A DNA stretch of 36,111 nucleotides, from the NCBI GenBank assembly GCA_032718475.1, contig JAUCBJ010002135.1, positions 1 to 36,111 on the forward strand. Reading direction: 5' to 3'. Within the stretch, counting starts at the first letter, position 1. Each line of letters starts with the position of its first letter. Below are positions 22,748 through 34,522 of the stretch, in pieces. The notes beneath the pieces were generated by a model, which made no database searches, was not told the origin of the DNA, and saw only the letters and a list, made by a program, of their open reading frames with translations. The stretch is from Nemertoderma westbladi (Eukaryota > Animalia > Xenacoelomorpha). The position numbers and the translations under genes were made by a program.

Positions 22748-22764
22748 ATAGAAGATATAAATAC

Positions 22765-23175
22765 AAGAGACTAATCCCCAAAGAGTCAACCCGGGGATGG
22801 GCAAGCAGTCGCCAGGACAGACGCCGCATTGCCCACCAGAATGGCCACGACGATGCGCTGAAGTAGGGACCTGTGGGAGCGTGGCTCATGCGTCACGGTA
22901 TGGAGATGGGACCCGATCTCCTGGAGGATGTCTCCGGACCGGGGCGGCCGAGGGTCTTGCGTCTTGAACGCAAAAGGGTGGAATATATGCCCCTGATCCA
23001 CCACCTCTACATACGTCATGTTCTTCCCCTACTCGGCTCCTCCTGCAGCACGACCCCCTGCAATTAGGGTCTGTTGGCAGTGACTAGGGGCAAGGGGGTA
23101 AAACACCACTGTCAACCCTGGGACCAAGGCACAAGTAAGTGTCTCTCCGTCTACACGCTCCCCGTCGTTGCGGCA
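22765..23175 (-). pseudogene. Mirror copy of the CRE-like endonuclease fragment in the right Foldback arm
   Basis: ORF 22786..23019 gives essentially the same peptide as 19267..19521. Confidence 0.7.
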
Positions 23176-23384
23176 GAGTCCTGATGGTCCTAGATCTCTA
23201 TACAGTAGAATATACGTAGAATATCTCTATTGGAATCTCTATAGAATACTAAGCAAATTTAGTGCCAGCGGCCAAGAGTAGGTCTAATGACCACCGGTTT
23301 ATAAGTACAAACGTCCCACTAATTTAGTGGGCTGCTGCAGCTTACTGTTGTATTTATAATAGGTCATGGTAGGCGATAGTTCTA

Positions 23385-24760
23385 TATAGTATAATATAAA
23401 TATAATATAATATAATTATAAATATAATATAAATATAATATAATATAAATATAATATAATATAAATATAATATAATATATAATATAATATAAATATAATA
23501 TAAATAATATAAGTATTATATTCGTAAAATTGGCCGATAAAGTAGGTCGATAAATCAATGGGAAGTGGGTCAATACAAAACACAGAAAAACAAACAAAAC
23601 ACACAAGAACACACAAAAACAAACAAAAACAAATAAAACACACAAAAACAAACAAAAACACACAAAAACAAATAAAACACACAAAAACAAATAAAAACAT
23701 ACAAAACACACAAAAAGAAACGTAAACACACAAAAACACACAAAAACAAACAAAAACACACAAAAACAAATAAACAAAAACACACACAAACAAACAAAAG
23801 CAAACAAAAACACAAAAACAAACACAAATAAACAAAAACAAACAAAAACACACACAAACAAACAAAAGCAAACAAAACACACAAAAACAAACAAAAGACA
23901 CATAAAGAAACAAAACACACTAAAACAAACAAAAACACACAAAAACAAACAGAAACACACAAAAACATACAATTCACACAAAAACACACAAAAACATACA
24001 ATTCACACAAAAACACACAAAACAAACAAAAACACACAAAACACACACAAAAACACACAAAAACAAACAAAGACACACAAAAACAAACAAAGACACACAA
24101 AAACAAACAAAAACACACAAAAACAAACAAAGACACACAAAAACAAACAAAAACACACAAAAACAAATAAAAACAAACAAAACAAACAAAAACAAACAAA
24201 ACATGTAGAAAGAAACAAAACACACAAAAACAAACAAAAACACACAAAAACAAACAATTCACACAAAAACACACAAAAACATACAATTCACACAAAAACA
24301 CACAAAACAAACAAAAACACACAAAAACAAACAAAGACACACAAAAACAAACAAAAACACACAAAAACAAATAAAAACAAACAAAACAAACAAAAACAAA
24401 CAAAACATGTAGAAAGAAACAAAACACACAAAAACAAACAAAAACACACAAAAACATACAATTCACACAAAAACATACAATTCACACAAAAACACACAAA
24501 ACACACAAAAACACACACAAACAACACACAAAAACACACAAAAACAAACAAAGACACACAAAAACAAACAAAGACACACAAAAACAAACAAAAACACACA
24601 AAAACAAACAAAGACACACAAAAACAAACAAAAACACACAAAAACAAATAAAAACAAACAAAACAAACAAAAACAAACAAAACATGTAGAAAGAAACAAA
24701 ACACACAAAAACAAACAAAAACACACAAAAACAAACAAAAACATATAAAACACACAAATT
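23385..24760. repeat. (AATAT)n tract and expanded decamer (CAAAAACACA/CAAAAACAAA) array, right arm of the Foldback element
   Basis: Direct inspection; includes higher-order duplications marked by acatgtagaaag at about 24201, 24405 and 24682. Confidence 0.95.
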
Positions 24761-26280
24761 ATAATAACTATTTACATTATTGTATGAAAAGTAGCACTAT
24801 TAGTGTTTATTACTCTTGTACAGTATATTTATGTGAAAAACAGTTCAATTTATTTTGTAACACAATATCGCAATCGCTCTATCTTTTATTAAAGAATTAA
24901 GCAACAATGAAGTACCAATTTAAGAATAAAATTACGTAGACCTATTACATATGGAAAAAAAACTTAGAACATATAAGCAGTGAGGTTTATAACTGGTCTT
25001 GCTTTCCCATGTCTGCATGTAACAAATAATTAGTTTTACAACGGCCATTCAATTCAACCATAATTTGGCACCTTTGGACCCAACTCTTACAAAAAAATGC
25101 AGTATAATATTTCTTTACACAATTATTATTATTTGCAATATCCGGACACCATAATAATATTACGCATAGGATAGGGAATATGAAATACAGACACAGTGTG
25201 TATAATGATAAAGTATGAATGAATCGAGCTAGTACTGTAGTTTCAGATTCAGGGAGAATTCACTGTGACGTCAACATATGATGTATCAGATGACAGGATG
25301 ATGGTAGTCATAAATCGAGTATATTTTTCTTCCCGGAAGAGTTATTCTCACCAAGCTTGGAAAGAGATGTTGGGGAAACGCAACCACTGTCCATGTAATA
25401 ATCGCAGTTTGCGCAATTTATCAAAGGCATCATCAACTTATATCAACCATAACCTGATCACAATCATTAGTAATGTTTAGATGGAATAAGCGCAATGCAT
25501 CCGCCTAGACAATGTGATGTTCTATGGGAATTCCACAGAGGATCGAGGGCATCAATGATCTAATTTATACTGAAGGTACCTGTAGCGAGCGTAGACTACT
25601 GGACTATGCCTATTTCAGCAATAATTATTTGCGTTTTGGATTACAATTAAGTACATCCACACCATACAGACAAACATGCATACAAACAGGCATACAAACA
25701 GACAACAACCCAAACCACAATGATAATTCTGTAATTAATTATCGTTCAGATTCAGGTTTGCAGGCATTTCATTTATGTGCCGTATGATTTTGTGTGTTTT
25801 TGTGTGTTTTTGTGCGTTTTTGTGTGTTTTTGTGAGTTTTTGTGTGTTTTTGTGTGTTTTTGGTGTAAATAGACGTCCCCGTGAAAATGTAAAATAAGAA
25901 CTTTTATCGATGCAATAAAATATTTCACCGATGCAAACATGCTTTTATTGGGGGCGAAAATTGAAATTTGAGGTTAAACCTCAAATTTGAGACAAAACCT
26001 CAAATTTCGCCAGCCTTTACAACATCCTGACATCACCAGCCTGTCAGCAGTAGGGTGTAGCAGTAGGCTTTGCTGCTTAGTGCTTATAGAGCTTGGTGAG
26101 AATGGGTGACCAGTGAACCTGTGACATGACATGTATGCAGGGTAGGCTTAACCTTACAGCACAGTAACTTACAGTCAATAACTTTAATGATTGTTAACTC
26201 CGTTAGTGATTGGTGAGAAAAAATGCAGAAGACTAGAGAAATTCGCTATCCTTACAGCCTTACTGTTGGTAAGAAGAACA

Positions 26281-26903
26281 CGTTCGTGGGGACTTCGTGC
26301 AGCACGTAGTCGGCAAGCCTTGGCATACGGTTCATATAGAGCAAATGGGGCATGTCTAGTTTGGACCCCATATCCCATGCTATAAATGTATTCATTCGAT
26401 ATACAATCATATGTTAATCCGCTAGGTGGTGTCAAATTGTTATTCTGCAATTTCGTACTTACCACCAGTGCAGCACTGTACAGCAGTACCGTACCGGTAG
26501 GCCTATGTCATTACTTCTGAGTCTCTAGCGGATCCCCAATTGAATGTCTTAACTTTTCAATTTCGTAAAAGATAGACTTCATGATTCTCTACAGGCCACC
26601 AAAATTTCCGCTCAGGAAAATGAGGCCTTCCCGAGAAATTTAACATTTTCTAAAAACCACATAATCTGTCGTAGCTGACGTCAGACTGCATGATTTTTCA
26701 CCAAACTTTACAAACTTTCTAAACTTTCTCTCTACTACTTACCTACTAAGTTTGGTTCAATTCCGAAACAGCGATGCCGAGAAATTCGCGTTCAAACATT
26801 TACCAGACAGACGGACAGACAGACAGACAGACAGACGGACATGCCCCATTTGCCCTATATGAACCGTATGCCAAGGCTCGCCGACTACGTGTCTCGCCCC
26901 ACA
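26281..26903 (-). mobile_element. HINE/DINE-1-like non-autonomous element (623 bp), flanked by ACA
   Basis: ~55-bp subterminal inverted repeat (about 26305-26357 vs 26838-26891), a (CAGA/CGGA)n microsatellite next to GGACATG as in DINE-1, and an ACCAAACTT core. Termini are shared with 3271-5667. Confidence 0.8.
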
Positions 26904-27429
26904 GTAGACCAAATCTTCACTGTTGCGAGATTCAAGCTCACACAGCTGCACAGCACCTGAGCACAGTCACAGACTCAGGAAGACCTACTATCTACTATAT
27001 CTTGTAGATGTTGAATCAATTCCAGAATTTGGAAGTTTACATATTCTGGCATTCATCTGTTCTGTTCATCATTCATATCACACATCTTCGGAAAAAAATA
27101 TGTTTTCTGCTGTGGATATGTTGATGTCCTCTTTAAAACTTTGTAGGCCGATATCAAATGAAGCCATTCCTCTCCTGATAGCCTGAAGACTTATGTAATA
27201 TTCGCCTGCCCTAGCTCTATCTGTCAATTGGAATACTGTACCATCAGTTTGGAGCCCATTTCTAGACAAATGTTGCAGCAAAGGTTGACAGGTTGACGTG
27301 GTTTATACAATATATGTGGACTTGATTCTTTTGTTAGTTACCGGTATTCTATATGACTAGCAACTGGAGACTCTAAAGTTGGAACCTTATGAAGCAAAGG
27401 CCAAGCCCCGCCCATCTGCCCATGCTGCC

Positions 27430-27600
27430 ATGTCTTCATGTTCCATACATCACCTCTTCTTTATCAGGGTCATTAACATATGGAACATGCTGGACCTGGA
27501 ACACAGTCAGACAGTAGAAACATCATCATCTCATCACTAATCGCTAGTCTTTTAAACAGTCTTTAGACAGTTAGACTCTGCTTTCTTATCAAGACATCTG
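27430..27600 (+). pseudogene. Highly degraded CR1/L2-like LINE 3' end
   Basis: Peptide HLFFIRVINIWNML resembles the FF--RV---WN-L C-terminal motif of LINE ORF2. Confidence 0.4.
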
Positions 27601-28191
27601 AAATGTTTTAGAAATCGAAGTGACTGTTTGTTTAAAGGCCTACTATACATACTTACATCCTTTTAAATTGGCCTTATGTGGAACCAGAATCATTTATAAC
27701 TTGGGCAAAAAGTATAACCTTTTTCACTAATCTATTCTCGAGGCTTTATCTCATTTCTGGAGTACACCTTGCAGGCACTAAAGTTGCATTGCAATAATCG
27801 ATAGTGTGTAGGGATGGATTTCGCTCAAATTTCGATCAAAAATTTTGATCAACACTTTCAATGAAATTTTAGAAATTCCACCAAAAATAGTTTGGCACTT
27901 GTGTCAAATCAAATAGGTGAGGTGACCCTCCTAATTATAGGAAATATAGGAATTTATATATAGGAATTTATAGATCATCTAATATAATTAATTGTTTAAA
28001 GATTAGCAAACAATACGATGTAATTGCATTGATAAAACCCATAAATAAAACTTGGATATAAATTGTAAAATCGGGATGCAAAAGATCACTTTCTGAGCTA
28101 CGAAATGAAAATTGGACACAACTTATCTGGATACAAGCAGTCCGTTTACCTTACAAAATGAAAAATACGAATGTGCGAAGTTAAGAACAGT

Positions 28192-28315
28192 CGGGGGGGA
28201 AGTGTCCGCGGGGGGGAAGTGTCTGGGGGGGAAGTGTCCGGGGGGGAAGTGTCCTACTTGAGCGGGGGGGAACTGTCCGGGGGGGAAGTGTCCGGGGGGG
28301 AAGTGTCCGAACACC
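28192..28315. repeat. 15-bp tandem repeat (GGGGGGGAAGTGTCC) ending in GAACACC, likely one terminus of a Mutator-like element
   Basis: About seven units. The adjoining flank 28316-28418 is an inverted copy of about 5053-5153. The partner terminus is not in the window. Confidence 0.55.
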
Positions 28316-29399
28316 AAGGAATAGTGCTCCTTCAATACATCTCAACAGACATCAATTCATTGCCTGTGCCTACCAACGCGTGCTCCATAACATAACAACA
28401 TATATCCTTGATTTCCATGTGGCAATATTATTGCAGGTTGTTGCTGTGTTGCCGACGTTGCAAAAGCTTTGCCCAACAAAAAGTTACAATATTCAGATAT
28501 TATGGGGACAACTTTTTCCCTACAAGTAGGGAAAAGAAGTAGGCCTACTACTTTTTCTCCCGATTTTAGGGCATATTCAAGCAAAAAGTAACAATATAAA
28601 AATATAAGTTCTTTAAGCTCTGTAGGTACTTCGTTTTATATGTCTACCATCTGATCAGCCACCCCACTGCACCCCTACCAGTAGCCTTTTTAAGTATAAG
28701 CCTTTTTAAACTACCGGTAATACTGAATATGTTTTAAATGTTATATTTCACAACACTCAGACACTACCCTAGCCCTAGGCCTACATAAGTTTATTTTTTT
28801 ACCTTTGCAATACAGTAACAAGCTAACAACTACTGAACTAGGCCAACTGTGACTTCAGTCTGTATCTGACTATGCTGCTATGAAATTGAAAAATTGTGCG
28901 CAGGCGTTGTGCGCTGTTCAGTGGTTGATTGCCTATTTACCAAAATGCGATTGTACTTCTGGACGTGCGAAAATTAGAAAAACCCAAAGTTGCCAGATTT
29001 CGCAATAAACATTGCCATATGTGGCAACTTTTGAGGTTGCCAGATTTGGCCATTGTACCTAACTGAATGTCGGTATCTGTCTGTCTGTGACTGTGATCTA
29101 AAAATGGTAGGCCGATCTGCCGATAGGCCTATTCCGTAGAGAGAAAATTAGTGGACATAAATTTCGATACCGGTAACGAGATAACTTCTTTAAATTCGCC
29201 CCACGTGCCGTACTACCGGACTTCAGGCTTAGAGGTCATGGTCTGACGAGTTTGACTAAATCAGTAAATACAGAAATACGCCACCAACAACAGAACAACC
29301 ACCGACCCCTTTCTGCCTTTCGCTTCGCTTTGCATACCACAACCACACCACTGATAACGAAAGACACAAACAAACCGACGGGTGGTGTCTGGTGTAATT

Positions 29400-31520
29400 A
29401 GTCATCAGAAAGAACTGATGACTTTATGAAGAGATATGAAGAGGAGCATTGTGAGGACAGCTCCCTGTGGACACCGATGTCGCATGGGCGTGTCGAGGAG
29501 GTAGTATTACCAATCTGGACAAATTGACTACGGTTTGATAAGTAGGATTCGAACCATGCTAATGCAGTTTGAGAGAATCGAGGTTCCTGTCGACTGTGTC
29601 GAAGGCTTTTTGGAAGTCAATTGCAATCATTCCATCATAGTTTCCATTTTTCATAGCATCTTTGATAAAGTTATCGAGGAATAATGCACATGTTTGTACG
29701 GAGTAACCAGGTCTAAATCCAGATTGGAAATTGTCAAGGATGTTGTTGGTGATATAATATTTCATTAATTGGTCGAATATAACCTTTTCGAGGACTTTTG
29801 AGATAATCTGTAGGAGGGCTATTGGTCTAAAATTTGTTCTTTGGGTTGTGTTTTTACTTTTGTGGATGGGTGTCACCTTTGCCAGTTTGAAGATTAGTGG
29901 GAAAACTGAGTTGTCTATTGAGAGGTTTATGATTTTGGTTATGTATACCGAGAGGAAGTCGGAGCCATCACGGAATCTGATGGGTGGTATGTTGTCCGGG
30001 CCACAGCTTTTACATGTGTCTAAGTTATTTAGAATACCTGTTATGGTTTCTTGGTCTATTGGGGATAGAGAAAAAGCATTGGCTTTGATTCCTCTTAGGG
30101 TGTAGAAATGTTCTACTTGCGTCCGATAGGTTTTGTCTGCTGGGGCTGGGGGTAGCTGGTCTACTAGCTCCTTGGCAATGGTTGTGTAGTATTTGTTGAA
30201 TTCATCAGCAACTGTGGGGGCATCGTGTATCTTTGTTTCTCCAACTTGTAGCATTGGGATGTTGGTGCAGGTTTTTTGTTTTCGTGATGGTGCCCCGAGG
30301 CATTTTAAAGTTTTCCATAGCTGTTTACTGTTACCTTTGTTTGATTCTAGTTTTATGCTGAAATAGTTTGCCTTTACTGATTTTATTTGGGCTGTGAGTT
30401 GGTTACGGAGCTTTTTGTATTCAGAGTAATTATTCGGAGTGCGGTTATTATGGAATCTCTCCAATGCCTTGCGTCTAGTAGGGCTCGATCGGAGTTGGGA
30501 TTTGGCCGGAGCCGGAGCAGGAGCCGGAGTTGGACAGTTTGGCCGGAGCCGGAGCCGGAGTTTTTCAAAAATTTTAAAAATTTAATTATTTATTTAAAAA
30601 AAATAAAGTATGGTTATCGTTCGCCAATCGCTCAAAATCAATCATACTGTAGGTCTAATTAATTTCATAATTTATAGATTTACGAATTTTCAATTTAAAA
30701 TTTAAGTAATTAATTTATCACGGACAGACGGCCTGGCCTGACGTGACGGCTAAAAATTACCTACAATTAGGGCTCGATCGGAGTTGGGATTTGGCCGGAG
30801 CCGGAGCAGGAGCCGGAGTTGGACAATTTGGCCGACAATCTGACGCTGACGGCGACGGACTGATGCTGACGGCGACGGCCTGACGCTGACGGCTAAAAAT
30901 TACCTACAGTACCTAACTCGCTGTCTAACTGTGGTAGAGGTGTGTACTGTAGGTAGCCTACCGTACGTGTACCAGTACTGCAGTACAGTACAGCAGTATG
31001 CTGGCATGACAGCAGTAAATGGCTGCAGACGTACAGTCTGACAGTGTACAATCATAGCATTTACAATTTTTTAAAGTAGGGCCTATCTGTAACAGTCTGC
31101 TAGTCAGCCAGCTGGCCAGTACCAGTACTGCAGTACAGTCAGTCAGTCATTGACTTTAAGTAAATACTGCAGTATTATCAGATTATACTTGATATTGAAG
31201 CTGTACTACAGTACTTATAGTGTTAAATAATTGTTCAGATTAGAATATGCACGAAATATAATACTTTATTAAAAAATTAACTCCGGCAATATTTTTACCG
31301 GAGCCGGAGCAGGAGCCGGAGGTGCCAAAATGGCCGGAGCCGGAGCCGGAGGCCGGAGCTCCGATCGAGCCCTAGCGTCTAGCTTGTATATGTATAGTAT
31401 TTGTAATGGAGCTAGTGATCCAGGGTTCTGTGAGAGTATTGAATCGTATTTCTTTGATAGGTGCGATGGTTGATTGTTATGACTACTCGTTGTGAGGGTG
31501 GTCATTTTACCCAAGAAGGT
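29400..31520 (-). mobile_element. Degraded LINE ORF2 fragment (CR1/L2/Jockey group RT), split by a hAT MITE
   Basis: ORF 29559..30464 has GPDNIP, FKLAKVTPIHK, NFRPIALL, QSGFRPG and IDFQKAFDTVD. A PQG-like motif lies near 29470, and EPWIT continues beyond the MITE at about 31410-31430. Confidence 0.85.
30479..31374. mobile_element. hAT-family MITE
   Basis: TIR TAGGGCTCGATCGGAG / CTCCGATCGAGCCCTA, 8-bp TSD GCGTCTAG at 30471-30478 and 31375-31382, GCCGGA subterminal repeats, and a second internal copy of the left end at about 30768-30833. Confidence 0.92.
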
Positions 31521-32770
31521 AAATTATCCTCCTTGATTTAAACTACATGCAGACATGTAATGTAAGAAAACTGCAATACTAAACTGCTAAATGTACAGGC
31601 CAATACAATGATGTAATGTCCTCAAAAGTTGTAAAGTGCTAAATATCAACTCGCTGTTAATACTAACGGCGGTTGAGTAATGTTACAATTTTGGAATAAA
31701 GATATTATTACCCGTTAGAATAGCATCCCCAACAAGTTATATATACTTTGTGTTAGTACAGTAGTAGTAGACTAGTAGGCCTAGAATTAGGATTGTTCGA
31801 AGTTCGAGCAATCCTTAATGTGGATTTTGTACAACAGAGTATTAATGAATTGAATTTGTTACAGAAATAGCATCGAGTCATACGAAATGCAATACTTTTA
31901 TAATAGATACAAATCCAGCATTTTACAGTTTTATATGTTCTTCCAATTCATGGCAAATCAGCTGTTTTTTATTCCATATAATCAACGCGTTCATTTCAGT
32001 AGATTTGGTTTAAGTTCCCGTTGTTTCCGAATAGATATGCTTGTGTATCTACTCTAGTAGTGCTCGTGTATATATATCAGTGTGAAGTGTGACGGCGGTA
32101 CATGGAATTTAATGTATTATTAAAATGTCCAAAAACTGTTGAATTGATAAATAAATATAATATAGATAGGGTGTAACAAACTACCGGTACCAGACTTTAT
32201 GGGCAATTTTTTTTCCACCATTGTCAGATTGTGATTGTGAAGGCCAGTGTTATAACTGAATGCCTGCAGTGTTTTGAGTGATTATATACTTTTAATTGAA
32301 TAATTGATTATTCCTGACTATTGTGCTTTATTTACTTTACTTCATTGTTTATTAATTTATGAAATCATTATTAGCCTGATTTGGTGAAAATTGTGAAATG
32401 TTAAAAATAAATATCAAACATAGTCAATAAACATATAGGCAATAGGCCTATATGGAAATGGTGCAAGAGTGTCATCCCGAAGGACTTTGGATTTATCTGT
32501 GTCACTATTAGCAGTGGACTGGACTGGACACCCGTGTGTGGTGTGGTTGTGGAACCATCATGCGAGGTGCGACATAGTAGGCCATGGTCAGAGTGTTAAG
32601 ATAGATATACTGACTGACCAGACCACAGATTTACACGGATTGGGTATAGGTCAAGCAGGCTACCCAATTGCTTTTGATCTAGGCTAGGCCCACAACTACT
32701 CATTAACTCATTTTGTATTTCTGCTGTTTATTTCATACCGTGAAGTTATCTCGATAATAATATATGTATT

Positions 32771-34522
32771 ATGGACTCCAGTGATGCAGCTGACTCGAGC
32801 GAAGTTGAGGAAGTCATGGATACTCCAGCGCAGATAGACGAGGATGACTGTGATACTGGAGAAGAAATGATAGCGGAGGCAGAGGAGGACGATATTGGCG
32901 GAGAGACTGATGGTGGAGTGGAGGAAGTTGATGGCGACGAAGAAAGCGAAGTAGCAGTCGAGGAGGTGAAGAAAGTCCACAAGAAAAATAAAAAAGGTAA
33001 GAGGGGGAAAAAGAAGAAAAGAAAACATAAAGATGTTGACGAGGAAGATGATGTTGATGGCATGGACGAAGATTCCGATTTTTGTCCGGGGTCTAAGTTT
33101 AAACCGAAGAGGCCAAATTTCCAGGACATGACGTCATCCGAGCTCAGCGAATACTTCGATTTGAAGGACGTTTACGTTGAATATTCGGACGAAGAATTTA
33201 ACAGTTTAACTTCTTATAAAACGTTCCAGAATTACATGAGGCCGTTGTTGGTTGAGGAGAACGAAGGTCGACGGATTCCGACCAGTAAGATGGTCGCCGT
33301 TATATCGGCCAAGTGGCGGGAGTTTACGGCGCAGCATCCCAACCCGGAGGTGCTGGCGTCGTCCGCATCCCGGAAGGCCCAGTCCTCTGAGCGGAGTTCC
33401 CGACGGTCCAGTCCCGTCGCGGAGCTCCGCAAGTCGAAACGCGAGCGGAAACCCAAGAAGGTAGCCCCGATAAAGATCCGTCTGGGTGGAGGAGTCGGCC
33501 GGAAACGGAAGCGGTCGTCGAGCGAGGAGCTCGAGGATGAGAGTTCCTCGGAGGAGTTCCAGATGGAGGATTCCCCGCCGTCGACGTCGGCCGCTCCGTC
33601 TCCGGCTGCTGGGTCCGCTGCGGAAGCCACCTCGGCGCGCTCCACCCCGATACGGATCCCCCAACGCGAAGGGAAAGCCAAGATAAAGCACGGACAGCCG
33701 CTGAAGAAGAAAAACAAAAATAAAAACAAAAATAAAATAAAACCTCCGTTGAAGAAGAAATTTAAGGAAGGGGAAGACGGATACGAAACGGACCATCAGG
33801 ATTACTGCGAGAGCTGCCAGCAGGTCGGGGAGATAATCCTGTGCGACACGTGTCCCAAGGCCTACCATCTCTCGTGTCTGTCACCGCCTTTGGATGTAGC
33901 CCCGGAGGGGGATTGGAGCTGCCCGCAGTGCGTCGAGGGAGCCGAGGAGAGCGAGGATGACGACCACAGCGAGACCTGTCGGGTCTGCAAGGACGGCGGC
34001 GAGCTGCTCTGCTGCGACACCTGCTCCGACGCCTACCACATGAACTGTCTGAACCCGCGGGTCATCGAGGTCCCAGACGGAAGCTGGGTGTGTCCGCGGT
34101 GCAACTGTCTGCCGCTAAAGGGCCACGTCGAGCGGATACTCACGTGGCGTTGGACGGGACCCCCGACGCGGATCACCGATCCGACCGACCCGGATTGCGG
34201 GTCTCCGACAAAGGACGGCACGTCGGACGGCGAACGACCGCGTCGGGAATTCTTCGTGAAGTACCGCGGGATGAGTTACTGGAAGTGCGACTGGGTTAGG
34301 GAGCTGCAGTTGGAGGTCTACCACCCCTCTTTGCATCGGTTCTACGTACGGAAGGCCGACACCATGGAGGAGCCGCCACCGCTGGAAGACGGATCGTCGT
34401 ACGGACTGGACGAGGTCCGGAAGGACAGGATCCGGAAGAAGTTGGCCGCATGCGAGGCAGATGAGGAAGACGATCTGGAGACGAAGTATTACAGATACGG
34501 GATCCATCCAGATTGGTTGATT
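32771..34522 (+). CDS. Mi-2: Mi-2 / CHD3-4-5 chromatin remodeller, 5' coding exon (acidic N-terminus, CHDNT, PHD1, PHD2, first chromodomain); the gene continues beyond the window
   Basis: SAKWREF (CHDNT), [25 protein letters not shown] (PHD1), CRVCKDGGELLCCDTC (PHD2), REFFVK--GMSYW (chromodomain) and YRYGIHPDWLI. Phase-0 donor GTGAGT at 34523 after 584 codons. The start codon is inferred. Confidence 0.95.

Larger units (their letters stand above)
10420..25880. mobile_element. Giant Foldback/Mutator-like element (15.46 kb with nested inserts), multi-kb inverted arms
   Basis: Termini GGGGACGTCTATTTACACCA and TGGTGTAAATAGACGTCCCC. 9-bp TSD GTGAAAATG at 10411-10419 and 25881-25889. The left arm (10420-11680, 13776-13896, 18288-19537) mirrors the right arm (22748-25880). 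Both arms contain 10-bp tandem repeats. Confidence 0.92.
9986..29065. mobile_element. DNA transposon with CAG termini and 5-bp TSD (hAT5-like, tentative family), outer shell of the nested stack
   Basis: 29-bp TIR CAGTTAGGTACAATG(C/G)CCAAATCTGGCAA at 9986 and inverted ending at 29065 (1 mismatch). TSD AATGT at 9981-9985 and 29066-29070. Subterminal TGGCAA/TTGCCA repeats at both ends. Confidence 0.85.

Noticed and set aside
25265-25787. ORFs in the unique part of the Foldback arms (mirrored at 10475-11050)
   Set aside because: They are short, differ by frameshifts between the arms, and have no recognisable domain.
29243-29425. Other CTGANGA motifs (about 12853, 29243, 29415) as hammerheads
   Set aside because: They lack a stem II followed by GAAA and the flanking stem I/III pairing.
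32708-34507. Antisense and alternate-frame ORFs over the CHD exon, and likewise over NSA2 and the zinc-knuckle ORF
   Set aside because: Shadow ORFs caused by GC-rich coding sequence on the other frame or strand.
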